Source: Catajapyx aquilonaris (taxonomy: Eukaryota). Taken from it: a stretch of DNA of 45,659 bases. Below the pieces are notes generated by a model. It had not been told where the DNA came from, did no database searches, and saw nothing but the letters and a program-made list of their open reading frames with translations. Positions 34,601 through 44,996 of this stretch are shown here, piece after piece. A program made the position numbers and the translations under genes. The DNA is taken from the NCBI GenBank assembly GCA_000934665.2, contig JYFJ02000810.1:62001-107659 (forward strand), written 5' to 3'. Positions within the stretch are counted from its first letter, which is position 1. Each line of letters begins with the position of its first letter.

Positions 34601-35676
34601 ACTGGCACAACAAAAGTCAACGCACCTGTCATCTTTATCGTTTCCGATGGTATCAATTACCCTGATAACACTAAAGTCACACTGGTCAAACTTATCAAGG
34701 ATTTCCGTCAGAAGTTGCCATGTAAGTAGCTTAAAAGTCACAGTTGAATTATTTTCACGTAAATGACACGTTTTTAAATACCTTACAGATGTCCGAATCA
34801 TGACCTTGTCTAACAATCAGGATCGCTACAAGGATATTGTGTCCAAGACAAAATACAATCTCCAAAAAAACAACTATGCCAATGGACGCCTTGCAGGTTC
34901 CCAAATCACCCAGCAAAATCTGGCTTTAAGTAAGTCCTGGGATCAGTTTTATGTGCTGAAACAAATTATAATATTGGTTTGTCCTTAGTACCCACGCCCT
35001 TACTGTACCCACAATGCAACATGAAAACAGCCACACTGGAATCAGGCCATGTCTTCACTGGATACGTCGCGCAAGGGCATGCCAACCTGTATAAGTACGA
35101 CCCGGACAACTTCTACTCCAGCAAGAACCTCAACATCACAGTGAGTATCGGTGCTTAAATTAAAAAATTGGGATAAAAATGACAAATATTTTATGTCAAA
35201 AAGACTTGCCTGTCTCCTTGTTGGTTTACTAAGAACTGTTTTCTTTTGCAGTTCCAAAGCAGTAACGGGCTTCTACGCGTGTGCAATTCTAGGGATCGAT
35301 CCGATCCTCTGACCAGCCCAACATGCCAAAATCAGGCAAACACGGACACGCCTTTGAGTTTCTCTATTTCCAACCCTTGTGGTCCCTCGCATGACAAGAC
35401 CAAGTGTAATCCACTGTATTTCACAGTTCAAGGAACGGTTAAGGTTCACGCCCCTCATGAACAAGGTAGTTATTGAGCATTGAAGTGATATCCAATTCAG
35501 TGTTGTAATTACATTATTTAATTGCAGTGCCAGTGGAACAACAGCGTTATCCTGACCAGATCAAGTACACCATCATCCATGATCAAATGAGGTGCAGTGG
35601 AGCACTGGGTTACTTGGCATCACCTTTTGTCGTCGCACTTTCAGTCATTTTAACTTTCAGGAACATGGGAATTTAA
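31642..35676 (+). CDS. Secreted, probably GPI-anchored ~822-aa protein: PGLYRP2-N-terminal-like domain + degenerate VWA-like domain + Cys-containing C-terminal domain
   Basis: 15 coding exons: 31642-31690, 32350-32575, 32642-32804, 32866-33041, 33106-33368, 33490-33651, 33708-33880, 33937-34051, 34123-34264, 34321-34466, 34524-34721, 34789-34929, 34989-35140, 35252-35465, 35528-35676; 2469 nt, frame intact. Signal peptide MDSRIITLGLLVLIATG; VWA-like strands VDLYILPD, NIDVSPFNSRIAVV, VIFIVSDG; hydrophobic C-terminus SGALGYLASPFVVALSVILTF. The gene model is solid; the domain names are inference. Confidence 0.85.
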
Positions 35677-36274
35677 TAAGGGATGCGAGTTTTTGTGAAT
35701 AAAGATGCTGCCATTTGTATAAAAAAACTATTGTTAGAGCTACATAAGTTTGCAATTGTTGCTGATGAAAGAGCACATGATGGTACTTGATATTGGGCCT
35801 CTTGAATAGCGATTTGTAGTTGCCTGTACACAAATGAATGTGTAATGCATTTTGGAGCTCTAACAAAGGTTATCAGTACCATACAGTTTTTGATTGTAAT
35901 AATAAAATGGTGTTCGTAGAAACCAAGTCTACTTTTCATTCCAACATTCGCTGTGTTCCAGGCAAAGTTGACAGCATGAAGCATAGTCGAGGGACACTCA
36001 TACGTGAAATGTGTTGTAACTGGACTGAAGATGCATTAATTGACAAGTCCTCTCTCAATCAAATTATTATCATTACTTAAAATGTAAAAGCATAGTGATG
36101 TTTATGTACAAGTGTACAATATTCAATTCCATACACTGCGTAAATGCAGTTCACTGAAGAAATGCATGACCGAGTAAAGGAATACGACTTTGTACTTTTA
36201 TTGCATGGAGCAAATCGAGTTCTAATGTCGTCTCTTTTACGTGCAGATTTAAATGATGAAGCCGGATGAAGCAT

Positions 36275-37375
36275 TCAGTAGTGGCTTCGTCTGTTGTTTT
36301 GGTGCGGCGAACTCTCGAAGAACATGTAATCCTGCAGGACCATTTTATAATAGTAGAAAGTCACTTACATAAAGGCCGACAGAGAATATGGCAACTAAAA
36401 AGGTGCAACTAACAATGAGAAAGCAGGCTCCCAACAATACTGCTTTTATGGAAACGTCCATATTGACCGGAAAGCTGACCCCAAAGTTGTCCGCATCAGT
36501 GAAAGTTTCTTTGACAAAGCCGGACCACTGCTTAGATATTCTCCCCACCTTGGTAACGCCGTCTAATGACATCACCTGTCACAGTGACATAGAGAAAAGT
36601 GGCAATATTAATACGAGACAGCTGCATTGGGGGGGGGGGGGTCAAACAGTAGGCTACAGTACCTCGAAATCGACGGCGCCACAGCAGCTGGATGTAATAC
36701 AGGGTCCAACAATGCGTAATACCACGTCATCCGCAGCATTTTTCACGTCGAACTTCTGGTCGCACAGAGACCACTTCTGTTCGACAGTCCCTAGGTACTG
36801 ACCTTGACCGGAAGACACTTCCAGTGACTGCAGGCAGCATGGGCAACAGCAGTTCTGGCATCTTAACGGCCGATACAGGTGCATTACTTCCTGTCTGAAG
36901 TTGTCGAAAATCTGCATGTCAAATGGTCTGCTCGGTCCAAGGCAATTCCGGGTACAGCAATTAGTGTCCTCCTTGGCAAAATACACCTGATGTCCCAATT
37001 GGGTTTTCAAAATGTATTTGTTTTCTGTTTCACACCCAAAGAGAACTACGAGAGAAGACCATAGCAAAGGGGTATTGACATGAATTATTAGGAAGGTAAA
37101 CTATAAATGCCAACATACCTTCAAGCATCTCTATCTGTTGCTTAACCATGATGTATTCGGCGCCTGCGAGGTATTCCAGACCTGGTGGGCAACCAGGGAT
37201 ACTCGGAGGGGGAGGGGGAATATATAACCCAGGAGCTACAAGGACAGACGCAGTTATCTTCAATGTCCCACACATAATGGTAGGAAGTATTTTTATGCCT
37301 TGTACAATACATACCTACGTTCCCCCATGCTACCTGTCCCGGCACGGGCTGCTTATTTATAGGCTGTAATGCCAT
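36275..37375 (-). CDS. Phospholipid scramblase, copy 1 (~259 aa, intact)
   Basis: Exons 37375-37315, 37235-37119, 37045-36663, 36575-36414, 36331-36275. Motifs [75 protein letters not shown]. Confidence 0.93.
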
Positions 37376-37677
37376 GCCGAGTTGGCGTGATGTAACAGAT
37401 GACTTATTCCCGAAGCTTGACTATCCTGCCAGGGATTGACCAGCCATGGCTGACAATATTCCCCTGTGGGTACCACTTACTTGGAGGTCTCGACACCCCC
37501 CAGGTCTCACAGAATCAACCCAACAATCAGCGAGAAATTCTACTGATTCAGAATGTTTTAATACTATTGGATACCCTTGCTGCAACATACGGCAGGGTGT
37601 AACCTAGGAGAAATGCAACCCTCAACTACTTGTACTGTACTGTACATTCTGCCTCGCTCGACTTCACCGGTATCGTC

Positions 37678-37790
37678 TTTCAGTCATTTTAACTTTAAGG
37701 AGCAAAGGAATTTAATGAGGGGTGTGAGTTTTGTGAATAAAGATGTTCGTAGAAACCAAGTACTATGACACTCTGGAAATGCATGACTGA
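37678..37790 (+). repeat. Deleted duplicate of the 3' end / 3' flank of the upstream VWA-like gene
   Basis: TTTCAGTCATTTTAACTTTAAGGAGCAAAGGAATTTAATGAGGGGTGTGAGTTTTGTGAATAAAGATG matches 35639-35707. It is followed by pieces matching 35912-35928 (GTTCGTAGAAACCAAGT) and ~36158 (GAAATGCATGAC). Confidence 0.85.
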
Positions 37791-37833
37791 GCTGGTCACT
37801 TATCGCCTATCTGCTCTTCGAATGATGAGGCAT

Positions 37834-38918
37834 TCAGGCCCTTCGTAATGTGTTGTCTTGTTTCGGAGCACTCTCGAAGAACATGTAATCCTGCAGGACA
37901 ATAATAGTGTAATGGCCCCTGCAGAAATAATGGGAATAAAAGGTGTAACTAACAATGAGAAAGCAGGCGCCCAACAAGACTGCTTTTATGCCAACGTCCA
38001 TAGTGGCTCGAAAGCTGACCCCAAAGTTGTCCGCATCAGTGAAAGCTTCTTTGACCAAACCGGACCAGTGTTTAGATATCTTTCCCACCTGGATAGTGCC
38101 GTCTAATGACATCACCTGTCACAGTGACAAAGGGAAAAGTGACAATATTAATACACGACATCGGCATTAGTGGAGTGAATTGGAAGGCTTGAAACAGTAG
38201 GCCTATACAGTACCCGGAAATCGACGTCGCCGAAGCAGCAGCTGGAGGTAATGCAGGGTCCCTTAATGCGCAATACCACGTCATTGGCAGCATTTTTGAC
38301 GTCGAAGTACTGCTTGCACGGCGACCACTTCTGTTTGACTGACCCTAGGTACTGACCTTGACCGGAAGACACTTTCAGTGACTGCAGGCAGCATGGGCAA
38401 CAACAGTGTTGGCTTCTTAAGGGCCGGTACAGGTGCATTACTTTCTGCCTGTAGTTGTCGAAAATTTGCATGTCAAATGGTCTGCTCGGGCCACAGCAAT
38501 TCCGGATACAGCAATTAGTGTCTTCCTGGGCAAAATACACCTGATGTCCCAATTGGCTACTCAAAACGTATTTGTTTTCTGTTTCACACCCGCAGAGGAC
38601 TACGAGAGAAGACCATAGCAAAATGGTGTTAAGATGAATGTGGAAGAAAAACTAGCTGACAACAATACCTTCAAGTAACTCCACCTTTTGCTTAACCAGT
38701 ATGTATTCAGCGCTTGCGAGGTATTCCAGACCAGGTGGGCAACCGGGGATACTTGGAGGGGGAGGAGGCACATATAACCCAGGAACTACAAGGACAGACA
38801 CAGTCAAGTTATATTCACAATGTGCCACACAGAATGGTAGGACATGTAGGACAGTAAGTTATTGCCTTGTACCTGACTGTCCCGGCATGGGCTGCTTATT
38901 TATCGGCTGTACTGCCAT
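37834..38918 (-). CDS. Phospholipid scramblase, copy 2 (~255 aa, intact)
   Basis: Exons 38918-38873, 38785-38669, 38599-38214, 38115-37954, 37890-37834. Same scramblase motifs and intron positions as copy 1. Confidence 0.92.
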
Positions 38919-39618
38919 GTCGAGTTAGCGTGATGTAACAGTTGACTACGAATCTTGACTATCCTGCCAGGGGTTTACTAGCCCTGGCTGACAATATACA
39001 TCTGTGGGTACCACTTACTTGGAGGTCTCGACACCCCCCAGGTCTCACAGAATCAATCCAACAATCCGCAAGAATTCTACTGACTCAGTATGTTTAATAC
39101 TATTGGATACCCTTCCTGCAACATACGGCAGGGTGTAACCAAGGAGAACTACAACCAGCTTCTGACAACACTGAAAAATTGCAATGGAGAACTTGCTTGC
39201 ACCTATATGTAGGACTGCGCGATATCCGAAATTGCATATCGACTTTCGATACTTAAAAATGTCGTATATCATATATCGTATATACTTTATACAGTACAAC
39301 ACATTGTGTGACCCCTGACCTCGGGTCACACCCTGACTAGCTCAGTAACGCAGGTTCGGTTGGAGAAAAGATGTCAGCGGACTGGGAGAAAAGGGTGGAA
39401 GTAGTGGGGGGGACTGGAAAAGCCGGAAAAAAAATGGTTTCTGATAACATACAGTATAATGAATATGCGCTTGTTTTACTTAATATAACTGAAACACACA
39501 AATTGCCACATATATTATGAGAATTTATTTGACAAATGACACTACATTAAGATTAATGGCATTTTGTGGCGCCCTTTCTTTACAATAAGTACATGCTGGA
39601 GAGAGTGTCAGTATCGAA

Positions 39619-39684
39619 GGAGCGCGGTGGTCTAGTGGTTAAGACTCTCTCTTCGTAACCAGAAGGTTGAAGGATCGAATCCTG
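39619..39684 (+). repeat. tRNA-like sequence (SINE head or tRNA pseudogene)
   Basis: A box TGGTCTAGTGG and B-box-like GGATCGAATCC at tRNA-like spacing. The stems pair poorly, so this is not a functional tRNA. Confidence 0.6.
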
Positions 39685-39819
39685 AAAATAAGACGTCGTT
39701 TCTTTTTATCTCTATGGACCTTTCTCGCTGTCACTTGGTCTCTCATTTCACATTTATTTCTCTTTGAAGTGCATCTGGTAAATAGGCTAGACTCTTCCAA
39801 CACTCACACTCTCGTTGCA

Positions 39820-39885
39820 CCAGAGCGTGGTTCTGAGGTAGCGCATCAGACTCTCAATCGGGAGATGCGGGTTCAAATCCCGGAT
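39820..39885 (+). repeat. Second tRNA-like head, interrupted by the long-TIR element; probable SINE body resumes at 41430 and ends in a (TGA)n tail
   Basis: A-box-like TGGTTCTGAGG, B box GGTTCAAATCC and T arm CGGG-TTCAAAT-CCCG. After the element the sequence continues CGGAGAGG... to the (GAT)n run. Confidence 0.55.
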
Positions 39886-41429
39886 CTCCTTGGTTGAGAG
39901 TCAGAAAAAAAAATTTGCAGCCGACATCTCTGGCCAAGATGGCGACTGTTCCTTCGCAGTTTCCCCAACACTTCTTCAGAGGTGTTAGAGGAGCAGCGAA
40001 GAGGGGGGGAGGGGTGGAGAGGGGGAGGAAAGGGTGGGAGGGGAGAAAAAGGAGGGGAGAAAATTTTTTTAAAAAACACCTGCTTAATGGGAGGGGGCGG
40101 TCACTTTTTTCGAAGAAAAAAGTCTTTAATTTAATCATTCAAAAATTGAAGAATTCCGGTTTGTGTGGGCCATCCCCAGCCCCCACCCTACCGCTGCCCA
40201 AGTGGGTGCATTTACCTTATACCTGGGAGTTCCATTCTCAAACCTATCACCCCTCCAAATATTTAACCCTACAATTTAAACTATAGGTCCTATTAAATCA
40301 CCAGCACATGCAAATGATTCTGCACAATTTTTAGGTCATTTCCAATGTATTGTTGCAGGCTGACCTTTGACCTGAAAGGCCCTAATATTAGGTTTTTGGT
40401 ACGGAGCCAGGCCCTACCTCGGTCTCCATCTGTCGGGTCTTTCGTAATGAGTCTGTACAGAGCATAGTACATAGACATACAGTATATCTCTCGATGTGAA
40501 CAAGTATGCCCCTAGCCTACCAGCCTACTAGCGGGGCGGGGGTGGAAAGGGGGGAATATGTAAGAGACAGGAGTGACCAAGCCTACACGAAAATTTGCCT
40601 ATCTAAATGCGCGTCGACGATCCGCGCATACCCACAGCAGAAGCGGGTGGGGATTTATTATTTTATTAATCCATAGAGCAATGCCACGAAACAGTGATGT
40701 CGAATGTCCGTCCTGATGACCCCAACGAGGTGACCACTCGCCTACGTCACATTCATACTGATACCAGCCAACTGGGACTGCTACATTTGGCTAGGGGCAT
40801 ACTGCTTCACGACATCGAGAGATATACTGTATGTCTATGTACTGTGCTCTGTACAGTCTCATTACGAAAGACCCGACAGATGGAGACCGAGGTAGGGCAT
40901 GGCCCCGGACCAAAAACCTAATACTAGGGCCTTTCAGGTCAAAGGTCAGCCTGCAACAATACATTGGAAATGACCTAAAAATTGTGCCGAACCATTTGCA
41001 TGTGCTTGTGATTTTATTGGACCTATAGTTTAAATTGTAGGGTTAAATATTTGGAGGGGTGATAGGTTTGAGAATGGAACTCCCAGGTATAAGGTAAATG
41101 CATCCACTTGGGCAGCGGTAGGGTGGGGGCTGGGGAAGGCCCACACAAACCGGAATTCTTCAATTTTTGAATGATTAAATTAAAGACTTTTTTCTTCGAA
41201 AGTGACCGCCCCCTCCCATTAAGCAGGTGTTTTAAAAATTTCTTACAAATTTCCAAAAAAAAAATCTCCCCTCCCACCCTTTCCTCCCCCTCTCCACCCC
41301 TCCCCCCCCCTCTTCGCTGCTCCTCTAACACCTCTGAAGAAGTGTTGGGGAAACTGCGAAGGAACAGTCGCCATCTTGGCCAGAGATGTCGGCTGCAAAT
41401 TTTTTTTTTTCTGACTCTCAACCAAGGAG
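39886..41429. mobile_element. Non-autonomous foldback-like DNA transposon, 1544 bp, ~630-bp TIRs
   Basis: 39886-40517 is a near-identical reverse complement of 40789-41429 (termini CTCCTTGGTTGAGAGTCAG...CTGACTCTCAACCAAGGAG), around a ~270-bp spacer. No transposase ORF; TSD ambiguous. Confidence 0.9.
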
Positions 41430-41530
41430 CGGAGAGGTTTATTTTTACAAATTTTAATTTAGTTCATATTTTGGGTTATCTTTCGGCTCCCGTCATCGCT
41501 GACTACCCCTCATAGGGAAATGTGATGGTA

Positions 41531-41570
<40 letters not shown>
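41531..41570. repeat. (GAT)n microsatellite, ~13 units
   Basis: Read directly; may be the 3' tail of the interrupted SINE. Confidence 0.9.
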
Positions 41571-41571
<1 letters not shown>

Positions 41572-41978
41572 TATATTAACAGTAATACGACAGACAAGGA
41601 AAAGCTATACGAGTATTGTATTGCGATAAAAGAATATTGTAGCATGATACAGTAATCTAGTATTACAATACACTGGAAAAAATTACTGTAACTTATATTT
41701 TTGAAGTCTTCATAACACAACTTACATCTTGCAAGAATTGCTATTTTTGAACTTTATTACGTAGAGTACCCTACATCGCATTCTAATATTGTCACTTGTA
41801 GATTTAGCCACAGGGAGGTTGCCGTCAGCCAGGTCGAATCAATCTTGGAGAAGGAAAGTAAACATATATAGTTTTGAAGCATCGGTAATAATACATACCT
41901 GATGAAGCTCATACTTACCTTCAGAGATACCGGTACCGAGAGTGAATTAAATATTGGTCGCAAAGGTGTGTGAAGGAT

Positions 41979-43061
41979 TCAGAAGTCGTTAAGATAGCTC
42001 TGGGTTGTCGCCGAATCCCCGTAGAACATATAATCCTACAGAGAAAAAATAGTGTAAAGACGCTAACTTAAGGTCAACAGAGATAATGATGGGAACAAAG
42101 GAGGTGCAACTAACAATGAGAAAGCAGGCGCCCAACAAGAGTGTCTTTAAGCCAACATCCATATTGACCGGAAAGGTAACCCCAAAGGTGTCAGAATCCG
42201 TGAGAAATTCTTTGACAAAGCTGTAACAATGCTTAGAAATTTTCCCAACTTGGGTAGCGCCGTCTAATGACATCACCTGTCACAATGACATAGAGAAAAG
42301 TGGCCATATTAATACGTGACATCTGTATTGGTGGTGTGCATTGGATGGATTGAAACAGTACTAGGAAATCGCCTTCGCCACAGCAGTAGCACGTCATGCA
42401 GGGCCCCACAATATGAAATACCACGTCATCGGCTGCATTTTTCACGTCGAATCGCTCCTCCCGCAGAGACCACTTCTGTTCGACTGACCCTAGGACCTGA
42501 CCTTGACCGGAAGTCACTTCCAGTGTCTGCAGGCAGCATGGGAAACAGCAGCAATCGCATCTGTAGGGTCGGTGCAGGTGCATTACTTCCTGCCTGTAGC
42601 TGTCAAACACCTGCATGTCAAATGGTCTAAGTGATCCTAGGAAATTCCTGGAGCAGCAATTAGCACCTTCCTTGGCATAATACACCTGATGCCCCAGTTG
42701 GTTTCTCAAAATGTATTTGTTTTCTGCTTCACATCCATACAATGGCTGCGAGAGAAGAACGTAGTAATACCAGGACGCACGAGGAAGGAAAACTATGTAT
42801 GTGACAACAATACCTTCAAGTACCTCTATCTTTTGCTTAATTATCATGTATTCAGCGCCTGCGAGGTATTCCAGACCTGGTGGGCAACCGGGGATACTTG
42901 GAGGGGGAGGAGGTGCACATAACCCAGGAACTACAAGGACAGACATAGTCAAGTTATCTTCACACATTATGCACTCAATAATATCTCGTACCTACGTCGC
43001 CCCATATGGGCTGTCCTGTCATGGACTGTCGCGGCATGATCTGCATAGGCTGTACTGCCAT
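41979..43061 (-). pseudogene. Phospholipid scramblase, copy 3: +1 frameshift at start of exon 3 (pseudogene, assembly error, or intron-retention isoform)
   Basis: Exons 43061-42992, 42930-42814, 42745-42362, 42276-42115, 42035-41979. Exon 3 is 384 nt against 383 nt in copies 1 and 4, so canonical splicing reads G|CC ATT GTA TGG ATG TGA. The copy also has KHWSG changed to KHCYS. Confidence 0.7.
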
Positions 43062-43854
43062 GTCGAGTTGGCTAACGACTCTGACTCTCCCTGGCTGAAA
43101 ATGTACCTCTGCAGGCACTACTTACTTGGCCTCAAGGCGTGGTCTCATAGTCTCAACCCAACATTCTGTAAAAAAAAAAAATTTACCAACTCGGAATGTT
43201 TACTACTATTGGATACCCTTGGCTGCAACACACAGTGGGGTGTAACCAAGGAGAACAGGCTCAACTAGCAGCAACAAGACGGAAAAATTGCAATGCACAA
43301 TATTGAAACCCTGCTTTTCTTACAGAGCATTGTAATTCAGAAAGATCCATTTTTAGTTGTATTGTTTGAAGTTATGGAGTTTATGTAATGTATACTCAGC
43401 AGCAAAAGAAAATGTATTTCCACAATTTTGCACTTTATAAAGTGGAGCACATCGCTTTCTAATATCGTCTCTTGTAGATTTAGTCATGCAGGAAGGTCGC
43501 CGTCAGCCAGGTCGAATCAGTCTTGGAACAGGGAAATATATGTAAAGTTTTGAATCACCGGCAATTAACAAACCTGATCAAGCTCATATTTCAGCTACTG
43601 AGAATGAATTCAATGTGGATCGCAGATGAGAGCAGCTCATCCAAGTCAACAACTTTTAGTTCACCTGCACCGCGCATTTCATAAGATGCGAAAGAGGGTT
43701 GAAACCGGCGTGGAATACCGGCCGAAAACGACATAAATCCCGGCAGACAGTCATACAGGAACATGACAGCGGCCCATCTAGTTTGCAGCCATATTGAATC
43801 CACTCCTTGCTTTTATCATATTATATTTAACTTACCTACATATCACCTCAGCAC

Positions 43855-44996
43855 CTAGTGGCTCGTCGAATGATGAAGATCATGAAGGTTTTGGAAGCTG
43901 TTAAGATAGTCCTGGGCTGTCGCGTTATTCTCGTAGAACATATAGTCCTGCAGGACAATAATGGTGTAAAGGCGCTTAAGGTGTACAAAAAGGTGCAACT
44001 TACAATGAGAAAACAGGCTCCCAACAATACTGCCTTGATAGCAACGTCCATGTTGAACGGAAAGCTGACCCCAAAGGTGTCCGCATCCGTGAAAAATTCT
44101 TGGACAAAGCCAGACCAGTGCTTAGATATTTTTCCCACCTGGGTAACGCCGTCTAATGACATGATCTGTCACAGTCACAGAGGGTAAAGTGGAAATATTA
44201 ATACGTGACATCTTCATTGGTGGTGTGCATTGGAAAGGCTTGAAACAGTACAGTACCGGGAAATCGGCTTGGCCCCAGCAGTAGCATGCCATGCAGGGCC
44301 CCACAATACGCAATACCCCGTCATCCGCAGCATTTTTCACGTCGAATAGCTCCTGGTGTATTGACCACTTCTGTTCGACTGACCCTAGGACCTGACCTTG
44401 ACCGGAATACACTACCAGTGTCTGCAGGCAGCATGGGCAACAGCAGATCTGGCAGTTCAAGGGCCGGTACAGGTGCATTACTTCCTGCCTGTAGTTGTCG
44501 AAAATCCGCATGTCAAATGGTCTGCATGCTCCTAGACAATTCCGGGTACAGCAATCAGTGTCCTCCTTGGCAAAATACACCTCATGTCCCCACTGGGTTC
44601 TCAAACTGTATCTGTTTTCTGTTTCACACCCAAACATGACTGCGAGAGAAGAACGTAGTAATTATCAAGATGTATACGAGGAAGGAACAATACGTAGATG
44701 CCAACATTACCTTCAAGCATCTCCACCTTTTGCTTAACCAGGATGTATTCAGCGCCAGCGAGGTATTCCAGACCTGGTGGGCAACCGGGGATTCTCGGAG
44801 GGGGAGGGGGAATATATAACCCAGGAACTACGAGGACAGACACAGTTATGTTCACAATGTCCCACATTATGCAATGAATAATGCCCCATATGGGCTGTCC
44901 TGGCATGAACTGTCCTGGCATGGGCTGTCCCGGCATGGGCTGCATATTTATAGGATGCCCTGCCATGGGTTGCATATTTATAGGCTGTACTGCCAT
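43855..44996 (-). CDS. Phospholipid scramblase, copy 4 (~307 aa; exon 1 and 2 fused through residual intron)
   Basis: Exons 44996-44711, 44639-44257, 44165-44004, 43947-43855. All scramblase motifs present, with expanded N-terminal MPGQP/QPINM repeats. Confidence 0.88.

Noticed and set aside
39619..39893. Two functional tRNA genes (Thr/Glu-like anticodon loops)
   Set aside because: Acceptor and anticodon stems do not pair properly; treated as SINE heads or pseudogenes.
40683..40725. Hammerhead-like core (GAAACA-GTGA-TGTC...CTGATGA) in the TIR element spacer
   Set aside because: Stem III with a GNRA loop is present, but stem I has only about 2 bp and stem II cannot close (C opposite C).
39854..41515. 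Paired ORFs in the two TIR arms as a transposase or small proteins
   Set aside because: Short, low-complexity, differing by frameshifts between arms, with no DDE or DNA-binding motifs.
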